IMG/VR virus record: IMGVR_UViG_3300035208_005087
Location: 64,545-128,544 of that record
Direction: 5' to 3' (one strand)
From: a virus
Taxonomy: Duplodnaviria; Caudoviricetes
Length of the DNA stretch: 64,000 bases
Positions 54,781-63,538 of this stretch are shown piece by piece. Within the stretch, counting starts at the first letter, position 1. The number at the start of each line of letters is the position of its first letter. Under the pieces are notes generated by a model. That model saw nothing but the letters and a program-made list of their open reading frames with translations, did not search any database and was not told the origin of the DNA. The translations under genes were made by a program, and so were the position numbers.

Positions 54781-56685
54781 TCAACGATATCTATTTCCAC
54801 CAGATTTATAGATCATTCCTCCCCGGGGTCTTTTTAGATCGAAACTCCTTAGTCGAGCCTCGGCCCTAGCCCTGGCCATATTGCTGGTAGCTGCCCTTCT
54901 ACTCCCTACCTGGCCGGCACCCCCAATACTACCACCCTTGGCCATATACTCGGAAGCCACGAAGACTGCCCTGGCAAACGCATCACTAAGGTCATCATGA
55001 GCGTCCTTGACATCTGGCATAAACACCTTTATTATGTACTTAGATTTGTTTATTGCCTGCAGTTTTAATAATTCCTTGACAAGACCCAACCGTACTGGTT
55101 TGTTTTGAGCATCCACTTCTCCCGTACCAGGTATCCGTACCCCTTTTGACACTAATTTGGCCATAAGATTCTGGTACACATCAGAGTTTAGCTTATCATT
55201 AAACTCCCTATATTTTATCTGTGTCAGCCCCTTATTCTTAAGCAAGGGCATTATAGACATATGGTAATACTGATCCTGTAGCCCTTCGTGGATGTTAAAC
55301 CTGCTGCATATATCCGCTATCTTCGCCACCACTTCCTCTGGGTCATACGAGGGTAACCCTCCCTCCGGGGGTGCTTCCTTCTCCTTAGACGCATGCCACT
55401 CCTCATACCAGTCCAAAATAATTACCGGGGACCCTTGTTCATCATCCTCTATATGCACCACGCATAAAGCCGTGGCATCTTTTTTCAAACCCACATCTAT
55501 TCCTAAGAAATAAGGAACCCTCTTCAGAGACCTATCCTGCATCCTTGCACTCTCTTCAATACACCTAGTAACCACAGACTCATCATCTAACCACCCCGAT
55601 AATCTATCTGAAAAGTTAGCCCCATACTCCGTATCATACCCCAATGGGTTTCCGTAATACTCAGACTTGAGGAACTTAGTAGGTATTGTAGGATTCATCT
55701 CCCATGATGGTAACTGTACCATCAGTACATCTGTACCCGCCACTGGGTCAAAAGATCTCTGGTGTGTGTCCCACAATAGCCCTGCCTTCTCCGCCGGTGA
55801 TGATATCAGCACAGTTTTACCCGCCGGTGATCCATCAGGGTGTGAGAACATTGCTAACGATGGTTTTACCGCCTCATATACTGCTTTATCGCTTTTATCC
55901 GATGAGGCCTTGCCCGCTAGGTCTTTAAAAAAGTGAGCTACCTCATCAAGAGCTATAAATATATTACTGGGTCCGCGTAGACCCTTCGCAGAACAAGCAT
56001 CCGCTATAAACTCGATAGTGTGCTTTTTAGGGTTCTCCGAGAAGTCCTCTTTATCCCTAAGACTTTTTAATTCCAATTCAGTCTTATTGGGCTCTTTCCT
56101 CATAAAGTCTTTAAAGAAGAGGGAGCTCTCTAATGCCCCGGCTACTCTGTTGTATAAGATAGTAGCATTTTCCTCTGTAGTAGATAAACATGTCATAGAT
56201 ATGACTTCGTCAGGCAGTATACCGAAATACCCTTGTGGGTGTCTTCGAGAGAGCATCTTATACATCTCATACCCTGCAATAAATGACGTTACCGATGTCT
56301 TGGTACCTCGCCGACCGCACACGAGTGCGAGCATCTGGTGATCCCCATTCAAGTTCTTGGTATTTAGTCGCCCCTCATCATACAGATAATCCCTAAACTC
56401 CACCTCTGTGAAAGAGTATAACAATTCTTCGTTAAACCGGTCATGTATCGGGATGCGTTTCTCTTTGTTATCCAACTCCAATCCGTAAAAGGCTTTCAAT
56501 ATCCATCTCTGTGCGGGGAGCAGGGGAGGCATGCCTGGACCAGACCCCATACCAAAGCCCCAAGGTGCTTCTACAAATGTCAGTATGTCCACGCAGTTAG
56601 CATTGTCCTGGGTATCTACTCCCGAGGCCCTTCCTAACATTTCGGCCAGACTGGCACCTTTTGGGACTATGATATTAGAACTCAT
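54781..56685 (-). CDS. terL: Terminase large subunit
   Basis: Walker A GRRGTKT, Walker B IALDE, coupling motif ISSP, nuclease FLGIDVG and HDDLSDA. Confidence 0.92.
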   Translation of the reverse strand: MSSNIIVPKGASLAEMLGRASGVDTQDNANCVDILTFVEAPWGFGMGSGPGMPPLLPAQRWILKAFYGLELDNKEKRIPIHDRFNEELLYSFTEVEFRDYLYDEGRLNTKNLNGDHQMLALVCGRRGTKTSVTSFIAGYEMYKMLSRRHPQGYFGILPDEVISMTCLSTTEENATILYNRVAGALESSLFFKDFMRKEPNKTELELKSLRDKEDFSENPKKHTIEFIADACSAKGLRGPSNIFIALDEVAHFFKDLAGKASSDKSDKAVYEAVKPSLAMFSHPDGSPAGKTVLISSPAEKAGLLWDTHQRSFDPVAGTDVLMVQLPSWEMNPTIPTKFLKSEYYGNPLGYDTEYGANFSDRLSGWLDDESVVTRCIEESARMQDRSLKRVPYFLGIDVGLKKDATALCVVHIEDDEQGSPVIILDWYEEWHASKEKEAPPEGGLPSYDPEEVVAKIADICSRFNIHEGLQDQYYHMSIMPLLKNKGLTQIKYREFNDKLNSDVYQNLMAKLVSKGVRIPGTGEVDAQNKPVRLGLVKELLKLQAINKSKYIIKVFMPDVKDAHDDLSDAFARAVFVASEYMAKGGSIGGAGQVGSRRAATSNMARARAEARLRSFDLKRPRGGMIYKSGGNRYR

Positions 56686-57308
56686 CTATCTACCTTGTCA
56701 AACCTTGCTTTGTTTTGATTAGCCCTTTTCTGGCCATCTTTAGAGGAGCCATTATAAACTGCAGCCGCGTCATCCTCGAAACCTGTCAGTTTTGTTTTTA
56801 GTTTGATGAAAAATCTTTGGGCTATCGCCTCCGACATGCCTGTCTCTTGGACCGCCTCCATTATCTTGGCAGTTAGTAAAGCCAGTACATCCTGGAATTG
56901 TTCCCCATGAAAGTCCACTATACCTGTGCTCTTTGTCTTTGACTCTCGCGTTCTTTGCGTGGTTAGGTCAGATAGCTTCTTCAGAGTCAACACTAACTTC
57001 TCTGTGATAATAGCCTTCGATGCTATGTCGTCATTTTTAGCCCTATCTCTTAAGATTTTGAGGTAACTAGCTTGTTCGGCCAACTCTTCTCTAATTACAT
57101 CTTGTACGGCGTGGTCTGGGTCACTAGCACGTATAACTACACAGAGTTTAGAGTTTTTTACATCGTCCGGATCTATAGGTGGGGGTGCGTCTGGATCCAC
57201 CACATCCGTCCCGGTGCCCCCGCCGCCTCTCGACGAGCCCAACACCTCAGACACCCCGTCCTCAGCTACCGCTTCTGCATCTACGTAATCTGGTTCATCA
57301 ATGGTCAT
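56682..57308 (-). CDS. Candidate terminase small subunit
   Basis: Helical 208-aa protein whose stop overlaps the terL start (ATGA); positional inference only. Confidence 0.4.
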   Translation of the reverse strand: MTIDEPDYVDAEAVAEDGVSEVLGSSRGGGGTGTDVVDPDAPPPIDPDDVKNSKLCVVIRASDPDHAVQDVIREELAEQASYLKILRDRAKNDDIASKAIITEKLVLTLKKLSDLTTQRTRESKTKSTGIVDFHGEQFQDVLALLTAKIMEAVQETGMSEAIAQRFFIKLKTKLTGFEDDAAAVYNGSSKDGQKRANQNKARFDKVDR

Positions 57309-57388
57309 GGTCTACCTTTATTATGTTTTATTTTGGGGGCCCTTCATTTATGTAACCCTGGGGCCCCTCAGGGTTGTATGTAATATTT

Positions 57389-59287
57389 CTACAAACGACC
57401 GATGGATCTACCTGTTAGAGTGATATCCACACTAGGACTGATCTTAGCGGGCTGTACTACCCCAGCCAGATCTAAGTCCAGTACCCCATAAGATAACTCC
57501 ATGGCAGTTACTGGATCTACTTCAGAGGTATTCTTTACAGAGGCTTTTTTTACATTGGCCATCTTAAAGGAAACTCCCTGTGTCCTACAAATGTTGCAGT
57601 TGTGGTGTACACAAGATGAACATTTAGAAGCCATCACCAACTTAGCAGTCTTTTTTAAAGGGTACTTCTCTTTTGTACACTTGTCTAAAGATTCAGCAGG
57701 TACTTCATCCATATTGGCCATGGCCTCACGAATAATACTGTGTGCTTCTTGGATAGGGGTCATAGAGGCCACTTTGCTTCTGATGGAAGATACTGCCACC
57801 CCTTTAGCTACGGCCTCTTTAGACAACCCTAAAAGTTGTTGTCTCTTTTCTGCTTGAGCAGCATCTTTATCTGCAGCATAACGCACATGGTAGCTACCCT
57901 CCTGGCCACCACTCGCTACTTTTTTCACAGGAGTAATTTCTTCATTAGGAGTATTAGCTGCCGCCACCTTCGCCATTTTAATGATCTCGATGGGGTTAGT
58001 ACCTTTCCTACGACACTCTTGTTGAAGTCTGTTGTGTTCCCCAAGGCCTAGAGCCCCTCGGCTGTACATCTTCCCGAGCACTTCTGCAGCATGGGTGTTA
58101 TCTAGATCTCCCGTATTATTTAACAAACGGATACCAGATCTACTGGACACGTTTTCGGCAAAGCCCTGAGGTGTCTTAATAATCCCAGACACGATAAAAC
58201 TTGGGCGGATACGGGCTCCCTTTAAAGCCTGTACGGCTTCTGGCACATCTTTGTACAAAGACACGTCCGCAAGTAAATCCCCGATTAGATCGCTTTTAGG
58301 GATAAATTCTTGGATTTCTGGGGCGTACTTCACCAAGTCCGAATAACTTACCTTTTGGGGCATCAACTGGGCCATTTCACCTTTACCCTTACCGGCTAAG
58401 AGTAAGTTCTGAATCTGGGCTAGAAGGGGACGGGCTTCTGCTAAACGAGCTTCCCTTTCCTGCATAGCCGCATACTCATTCATTTTGTTAAAAGCACCTT
58501 GTTCTAGGAGTTTCTGGTTTTCCTCGGATAAACCCTCCACCTTCTCGGGCTGAACTTCTTCCTTTTTAGCAGCATAACGAGAAGCTAGAAATGCCCTACG
58601 TAATTCTCCCTTGCTGCTAATTTTTTCATCACTGGCTATCACACCCAAGTTACGAAGATGAGAGGCATAGTGTTCCAACACATCGGAGCTGTACGCCATT
58701 TTATCCACTACTACCTTTGCCAAATGTAGGCACTTACCAGATGCATCTGTATACTTCTTCTCTTTGATAGGTTTCCCTACAGCAAAGCTGGCCAACCTTG
58801 TTTTGTGGCGGCCTAATACTGATAAGGCTTCTTTAGTGGTGTTGAATACACTGAGGTCAATGTACACGTTCCCTATTAAACCGTCTTCAGCAGCTACTTT
58901 TGTTAAAACATCCGTAGCTGTATGTAGATCCTCGGAGGAGAACCTTTCTCTTAAATGACTAACCAACTCAGAAGAGGTGAGACCTTTCATCATGGCCTTC
59001 TTGGCCACTCTTTCTACCTCCACCTTTACGTCTGCAGAGTTATCCCTGTCCTTGTTAAGGATCTTTACATTATTGGGGATAAACCTTTCAGGACCATTGG
59101 CTAAATCCCTTTCCCACAGCGCTTGTAGTTGCGGTATGATCTGACGTTCAGATTCTGAGGGGTAGTTGTCCTTTTCTTTACCTTGAGTAGGGCTCAACCA
59201 ATCTAAATCGGTAACAGAGACATCCCCTTGGAGTACATTAGTCAGGTCCCCTAAACTGGAATTTTCTAAATCTTTAATCGTGTCCAT
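57389..59287 (-). CDS. Head-module protein with internal duplication and C-terminal Cys cluster
   Basis: GLIGNVYIDLSVF vs DLIGDLLADVSLY; CSSC..CNIC; many K/R-x-A motifs. Confidence 0.7.
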   Translation of the reverse strand: MDTIKDLENSSLGDLTNVLQGDVSVTDLDWLSPTQGKEKDNYPSESERQIIPQLQALWERDLANGPERFIPNNVKILNKDRDNSADVKVEVERVAKKAMMKGLTSSELVSHLRERFSSEDLHTATDVLTKVAAEDGLIGNVYIDLSVFNTTKEALSVLGRHKTRLASFAVGKPIKEKKYTDASGKCLHLAKVVVDKMAYSSDVLEHYASHLRNLGVIASDEKISSKGELRRAFLASRYAAKKEEVQPEKVEGLSEENQKLLEQGAFNKMNEYAAMQEREARLAEARPLLAQIQNLLLAGKGKGEMAQLMPQKVSYSDLVKYAPEIQEFIPKSDLIGDLLADVSLYKDVPEAVQALKGARIRPSFIVSGIIKTPQGFAENVSSRSGIRLLNNTGDLDNTHAAEVLGKMYSRGALGLGEHNRLQQECRRKGTNPIEIIKMAKVAAANTPNEEITPVKKVASGGQEGSYHVRYAADKDAAQAEKRQQLLGLSKEAVAKGVAVSSIRSKVASMTPIQEAHSIIREAMANMDEVPAESLDKCTKEKYPLKKTAKLVMASKCSSCVHHNCNICRTQGVSFKMANVKKASVKNTSEVDPVTAMELSYGVLDLDLAGVVQPAKISPSVDITLTGRSIGRL

Positions 59288-59288
59288 T

Positions 59289-60041
59289 TTATTGTTCTCC
59301 TACAGAATTCTTTTGGGTACCTTTCTCCGACGCCCTTTTTACCAACCCTTCTAAAACTTTGCTAGCGACTACTTTAGCCATAGCACTACTGTTGTCTCTC
59401 ATGCCTATAAATACTTTATTACTAGATGATGCTTTTTTTGAAAGGGCGGGGGCTTCCTCTGCTGCAGGGGTTCCCTCCGCATTTTCTAAAGGCTCAGGGT
59501 CTTCTTGTAATTCAGGTATCTCTGGGAACTCTTCGTCCTCTTCGCCTCCATCCTCCTGACCCACATCCCCCTCATACTCCGTTAGGAGTCTCTCTAACTC
59601 CTTGTCCACCTCATCTAAACTCTTTTCTGTATCACCCACGACCCTTTCCTTTAGGGAAATAATCTCATCTTTCTCGTCCGTGGAAAGGCCCCAGTTAGGG
59701 TTGTTGAACTCATCCATAACTGTGTCGCGCATGTTAGAGAGCATATTCTGCATCTCTGTTAAGTCCTCTTTCATCTCCCGTATGGCCATCACATAGCCAC
59801 GACCACCTAACTTACCGTCCGGGCTTATCTTACCTATGATAACAGACGTCAACACACCTAGAGCCCCTTGAACTCCCACAAATGAGGAGTTAATATTAGT
59901 AAGGATACTGACTAAAGTTGTCAAGTTTTCTTTATCGTAAGGAGGAGCTCCCTCCAACTCTCTTTTTAAGTCGGTACTTCTTTTGTAAGAAGCAGCTACT
60001 TTTCCTTGGAGGGTTTCTTTTGTGTTCTCTTGTGTCATCAT
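59289..60041 (-). CDS. Head-module protein
   Basis: 250 aa; ISPDGKLGGRGY; acidic region followed by KKAS, KVVASKVL, KRAS. Confidence 0.7.
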   Translation of the reverse strand: MMTQENTKETLQGKVAASYKRSTDLKRELEGAPPYDKENLTTLVSILTNINSSFVGVQGALGVLTSVIIGKISPDGKLGGRGYVMAIREMKEDLTEMQNMLSNMRDTVMDEFNNPNWGLSTDEKDEIISLKERVVGDTEKSLDEVDKELERLLTEYEGDVGQEDGGEEDEEFPEIPELQEDPEPLENAEGTPAAEEAPALSKKASSSNKVFIGMRDNSSAMAKVVASKVLEGLVKRASEKGTQKNSVGEQ

Positions 60042-60043
60042 AT

Positions 60044-60787
60044 TTACGCCTTGACAGCTGCACCGTCTTTGAAGTTCTTCTCGATAACCACGCCATCCTC
60101 ATCCTCAGAGATGGACCACAGCTCCCTGCTTGATTTGTGTATCAAGGTCTCCGCACTAACCCTTTCGAAGGCGTATAGGTCTTCTAATGATGCTAGCTTG
60201 ATTCTGTGAGGTGCGGCTGTCTCTTCTAAGGAATAACCTTTCTCATAGGCTGTTTTTACAACTTTTTCTACCATTGCTTTTGAGGGTCTCTTCATATTTA
60301 CACCTTCTTCGTTTAAATTTGTGGCATACACATAAACACTGCCGAAATTTGGTTCTACTCCATAGTAGTCGTTTCTTTCCCCTATCCTGGGCACCGGGTT
60401 CGCATCCCTGTCCCCTATTAAATTAGGAGCCTGCTCATCCTTTGTACCTCCTGAGGGTGTCCTTAAATCTGCTCCTCCCGGTACTGTACTATCTACAGGA
60501 AACACCTCCGGAGGTGTCGCGTTGATGTAAGTAGGGGGGCGCTCCCCTTGCCTTGTCATAGGAGGGTCTGATTCCAAATCTGATTGCCCCGGTATGGCGT
60601 ATGGTCTGTTTTGGGGGCCTCCCCAGGGCTCTGCATAGTTTAATAAATCTCCGCTGCCTTCAAAAGTCACAGACTCTTGATATAAGGGGTTATTACCGGC
60701 GGGGTTTGTCAACTCAGCCAATTTACTGATAACCCGTTCCTTAGAACGTATGGGTAACCCCTTTGGTATGTCTTGTAACCCTTTCAT
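60044..60787 (-). CDS. Head-module protein
   Basis: Likely start ATG 60787; Pro-rich N-half; C-terminal FERVSAETLIHKSSRELW. Confidence 0.65.
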   Translation of the reverse strand: MKGLQDIPKGLPIRSKERVISKLAELTNPAGNNPLYQESVTFEGSGDLLNYAEPWGGPQNRPYAIPGQSDLESDPPMTRQGERPPTYINATPPEVFPVDSTVPGGADLRTPSGGTKDEQAPNLIGDRDANPVPRIGERNDYYGVEPNFGSVYVYATNLNEEGVNMKRPSKAMVEKVVKTAYEKGYSLEETAAPHRIKLASLEDLYAFERVSAETLIHKSSRELWSISEDEDGVVIEKNFKDGAAVKA

Positions 60788-60864
60788 AAAATACCCTAAT
60801 AACCTTTTCCACAAATACACAATAAGGGTTTTTAACCCTTATTTCTTATTGGTATTTCTTTTGG

Positions 60865-60877
60865 ATTAGGAGATTAT
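60865..60877 (-). promoter_or_regulatory. Candidate late promoter opening the morphogenesis region
   Basis: Exact ATAATCTCCTAAT(CC), just downstream of the sigma-like gene. Confidence 0.8.
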
Positions 60878-60901
60878 GAGGGAGAGTACTCCTTTTTGTG
60901 G

Positions 60902-61543
60902 CTACACCTTTTGTGCCATGTCCATTTTTGCCCGAGGACCTCGGTCGAAGTGAGACAGCTTCACCTCGTGAAGCATGTACAAACCACCATCTAGGATGTA
61001 GGAGACTAATTCAGAAGCGACTTTATATCGAAGGTTTTCTTGCGCCTTCTGTACCAGAAGAGCCTCCGCACGTAAAAACTTGTGTCGTACTTTTACCTGT
61101 GTGAGTTTGCCCTTTTTAAGCTTTCTGTTAACGATCTGAGCCGTTTTAGATTGACAAGTCGTTCTGACCATGAAAAAAACCACTGCAGCATCCACGTCCG
61201 TGAATACCTCTTTTAGCAATACCAGCAAGTCCCCATCCTCTATCTTGGGCATATCCCTCAAAAAGACTAACCGTTTCATAGCCCTAGTCAGTCTGTGACT
61301 AACGGCACCTTGGGAAATACTGAAGAAATTAGCAATTTCCTTCTGTTTCTTCTTTTTTCGATAGTACATGTCTATTAAGTCGACTTCCCTTGGAGGGATA
61401 AGGGCTAGGTAGGGTTCTAGTTCCGAGATGTCAAGTGCTTCCGCTTCATGTTCCTCGTCTGTCCCCGCATCATACTCTATACCTGCAGCGATTGTGCGTT
61501 CTAATACCCTGTGCTCCACAAATAACACGGATTGTCTGCTCAT
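60902..61543 (-). CDS. Sigma70 region-4-like HTH transcription factor (tandem HTH)
   Basis: LIPPREVDLIDMYY..KQKEIANFFSISQGAVSHRLTRAMKRL; second degenerate HTH (CQSKTAQIV..TQVKVRHKF). No region 2 recognised. Confidence 0.7.
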   Translation of the reverse strand: MSRQSVLFVEHRVLERTIAAGIEYDAGTDEEHEAEALDISELEPYLALIPPREVDLIDMYYRKKKKQKEIANFFSISQGAVSHRLTRAMKRLVFLRDMPKIEDGDLLVLLKEVFTDVDAAVVFFMVRTTCQSKTAQIVNRKLKKGKLTQVKVRHKFLRAEALLVQKAQENLRYKVASELVSYILDGGLYMLHEVKLSHFDRGPRAKMDMAQKV

Positions 61544-61685
61544 CTCTCGACCTACCTTTTATAGATGTTTCGGGGGAACCCTAGGGGTTTCTGAGAAGAA
61601 ATATACTATATAATGTGTTAATATTTTATATAGGCACACAAACAATTTAATAAAGTTAACAATTTACTGTACAGAAATAAAATTT

Positions 61686-62237
61686 CTAACTAATGTGCTC
61701 GTCATCTTCTAGAGGTCTTATAGCCAGGTACGATAGATTTGTGGCCAAAACTTCTCTCGTAGCCATATTAAATAGTACATCTGCCACACCCTTATCGTGA
61801 TCTATCTTCTTCACTATCCCAGGCATATTAGCAAATGTTCCGTCAAGCCCTGCTACCAACTCCCCTATCTCAGGAACATACGGGTACTCTATGGAGGACA
61901 ACTGTTCTTGGTATTCACGGATGAGACTGTCTTCTAGGTAGGCTAGCTTTTTCCCAAATGTCAGAGGGCCTGCTAAGTTGTTTCCTCGAATCCTTTTAGC
62001 TCTCTCCTCAAAGTCCGACTTTCCCGTGTCTTTTATAAAGACATACCCTTCGAATAGAACTCTATCTACTGTCCTTGGCCCTACGAGATATTTCCTGGCA
62101 GGTATAAACACCTCCAAGGTTGGTCCTCCTCCCATGCAGTGACACACTTCTCGCCTGATAGCCTCAATCGAGGAGCAAACCTCAACATAATCATAGAGTA
62201 CCAACGTTAACCACCTTTCCCCACAAACATTGCTCAC
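61686..62237 (-). CDS. nusG: NusG-family transcription elongation/antitermination factor
   Basis: NGN domain (RWLTL..EVFIP..VLFEGYVFI) plus KOW domain (IGELVAGLDGTFANMPGIVKKID). Confidence 0.8.
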   Translation of the reverse strand: MSNVCGERWLTLVLYDYVEVCSSIEAIRREVCHCMGGGPTLEVFIPARKYLVGPRTVDRVLFEGYVFIKDTGKSDFEERAKRIRGNNLAGPLTFGKKLAYLEDSLIREYQEQLSSIEYPYVPEIGELVAGLDGTFANMPGIVKKIDHDKGVADVLFNMATREVLATNLSYLAIRPLEDDEHIS

Positions 62238-62240
62238 AAC

Positions 62241-63506
62241 CTAACTCCTTTTTAAGGTTACCGCTTCTGACGCTTCCTCGGGTCCCCATTTCTTTGAAAT
62301 GTCTTCCTCTATGTCGGAGAAGTCTGAGCCTTTTTTACGGGCGGCGGCCTTTAATGCTCTCTGTTGATCAGCAGTGGCGACAATCACCTTTTCTCCGTAT
62401 TTATTAGAGGGGATATCCGTACCCTGTAAAGATACATTTTTTTCAGGTGTGGTGCTCCGATCAAAGTCCCCTTTTAAGAATTTGTAATGGATCAGAACCA
62501 TTTCCGCTTGTAAGAAGTTAGCATCCTTATTTTTGTCTCTTTCTAAAAGGTACATAAGGATAGGACTCATCCTAGCACCATACACCTTATAAACCTCTTT
62601 CACGCATTCAGGTATATCCATAATCATCCCTGACAACCCGTACTGGATGGCAGACAGTAAAGCCCTTACCAGGGATGCGTGCACTCCCCCCGCCCCATAT
62701 GTGCCCGTGATTTCCTCTGCAAGGTTTAGTGCCTTTGATAGATCCTTTTCCAGTAGTATTAGCAGACTTGAGACCCTTTCCACATCATAGGACGTGTAAG
62801 ACGCCACATTCTCCAGTGTAATCCCTCCCATCAGCACCAGAGGGCCTAAGGCGTTTTCCGCATCTCTGTAATGACCTTGAGACCAACTGGCCAGATTCTT
62901 TAACGCGTGGGTATCGTAGGTCTCCCCTTCCTTATCACACATACCTTTTATTTTCTGATATACATCTTCTGCAGAGGGCTTATCCAACGGCACTCGCACT
63001 AGACGAGACATAAGGGTTTTTGGGATTTTCTCAGGTTCGTTGGTGCTAAACATAAATATGGTTTCGTCATATGTGATAGGAGTCTCTAGTTCCTTCAGCA
63101 AAGCATCCTTGCCTGCTGCAGATATCATATGAGCCTCATCCAAAAATATGACCCTGTTCCCTCCCTCGTTTTCGTATGCGAGGGTGCCTAATATCGAGGC
63201 CATGTTTTCTTTTGTACCGAAGTTGGCTGCATCTACCTCTGTGTAGGAGTGATGATTCCCCTTCAGAAAACTTATACAAGAGGGGCAGGAGTTGCAGGGG
63301 GACTGTGTTTGGGGGTTCCTATTACGGCAAAGTAGCGACCTCGCGAACAAGGACGCTAGTGTTGTCTTCCCTACACTCCACGCCCCTGAGAACAGGTACG
63401 CTCTCGAGATGCGGTTTTTTTCCAAAGAATTTACTATTAACCTTTTAGCCTTTTCTTGCCCTATCACCTCTTCAAAGGTCAGGGGTCTTCCTTTAATGCC
63501 GTCCAT
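62241..63506 (-). CDS. dnaX: DNA polymerase III gamma/tau-like clamp loader ATPase
   Basis: RPLTFEEVIGQ, AYLFSG..VGKTT, C..PCNSCPSC, FLDEAHM, LMSRL, GHYRDAEN. Confidence 0.9.
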   Translation of the reverse strand: MDGIKGRPLTFEEVIGQEKAKRLIVNSLEKNRISRAYLFSGAWSVGKTTLASLFARSLLCRNRNPQTQSPCNSCPSCISFLKGNHHSYTEVDAANFGTKENMASILGTLAYENEGGNRVIFLDEAHMISAAGKDALLKELETPITYDETIFMFSTNEPEKIPKTLMSRLVRVPLDKPSAEDVYQKIKGMCDKEGETYDTHALKNLASWSQGHYRDAENALGPLVLMGGITLENVASYTSYDVERVSSLLILLEKDLSKALNLAEEITGTYGAGGVHASLVRALLSAIQYGLSGMIMDIPECVKEVYKVYGARMSPILMYLLERDKNKDANFLQAEMVLIHYKFLKGDFDRSTTPEKNVSLQGTDIPSNKYGEKVIVATADQQRALKAAARKKGSDFSDIEEDISKKWGPEEASEAVTLKRS

Positions 63507-63538
63507 ATAATGTCTCCTTTACCTATGTAACTACTACT

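Noticed and set aside
54781-56685. Intein or intron in terminase (also considered for portal and dnaX)
   Set aside because: Lengths are ordinary, motifs are contiguous, and no intein splice signatures were seen.
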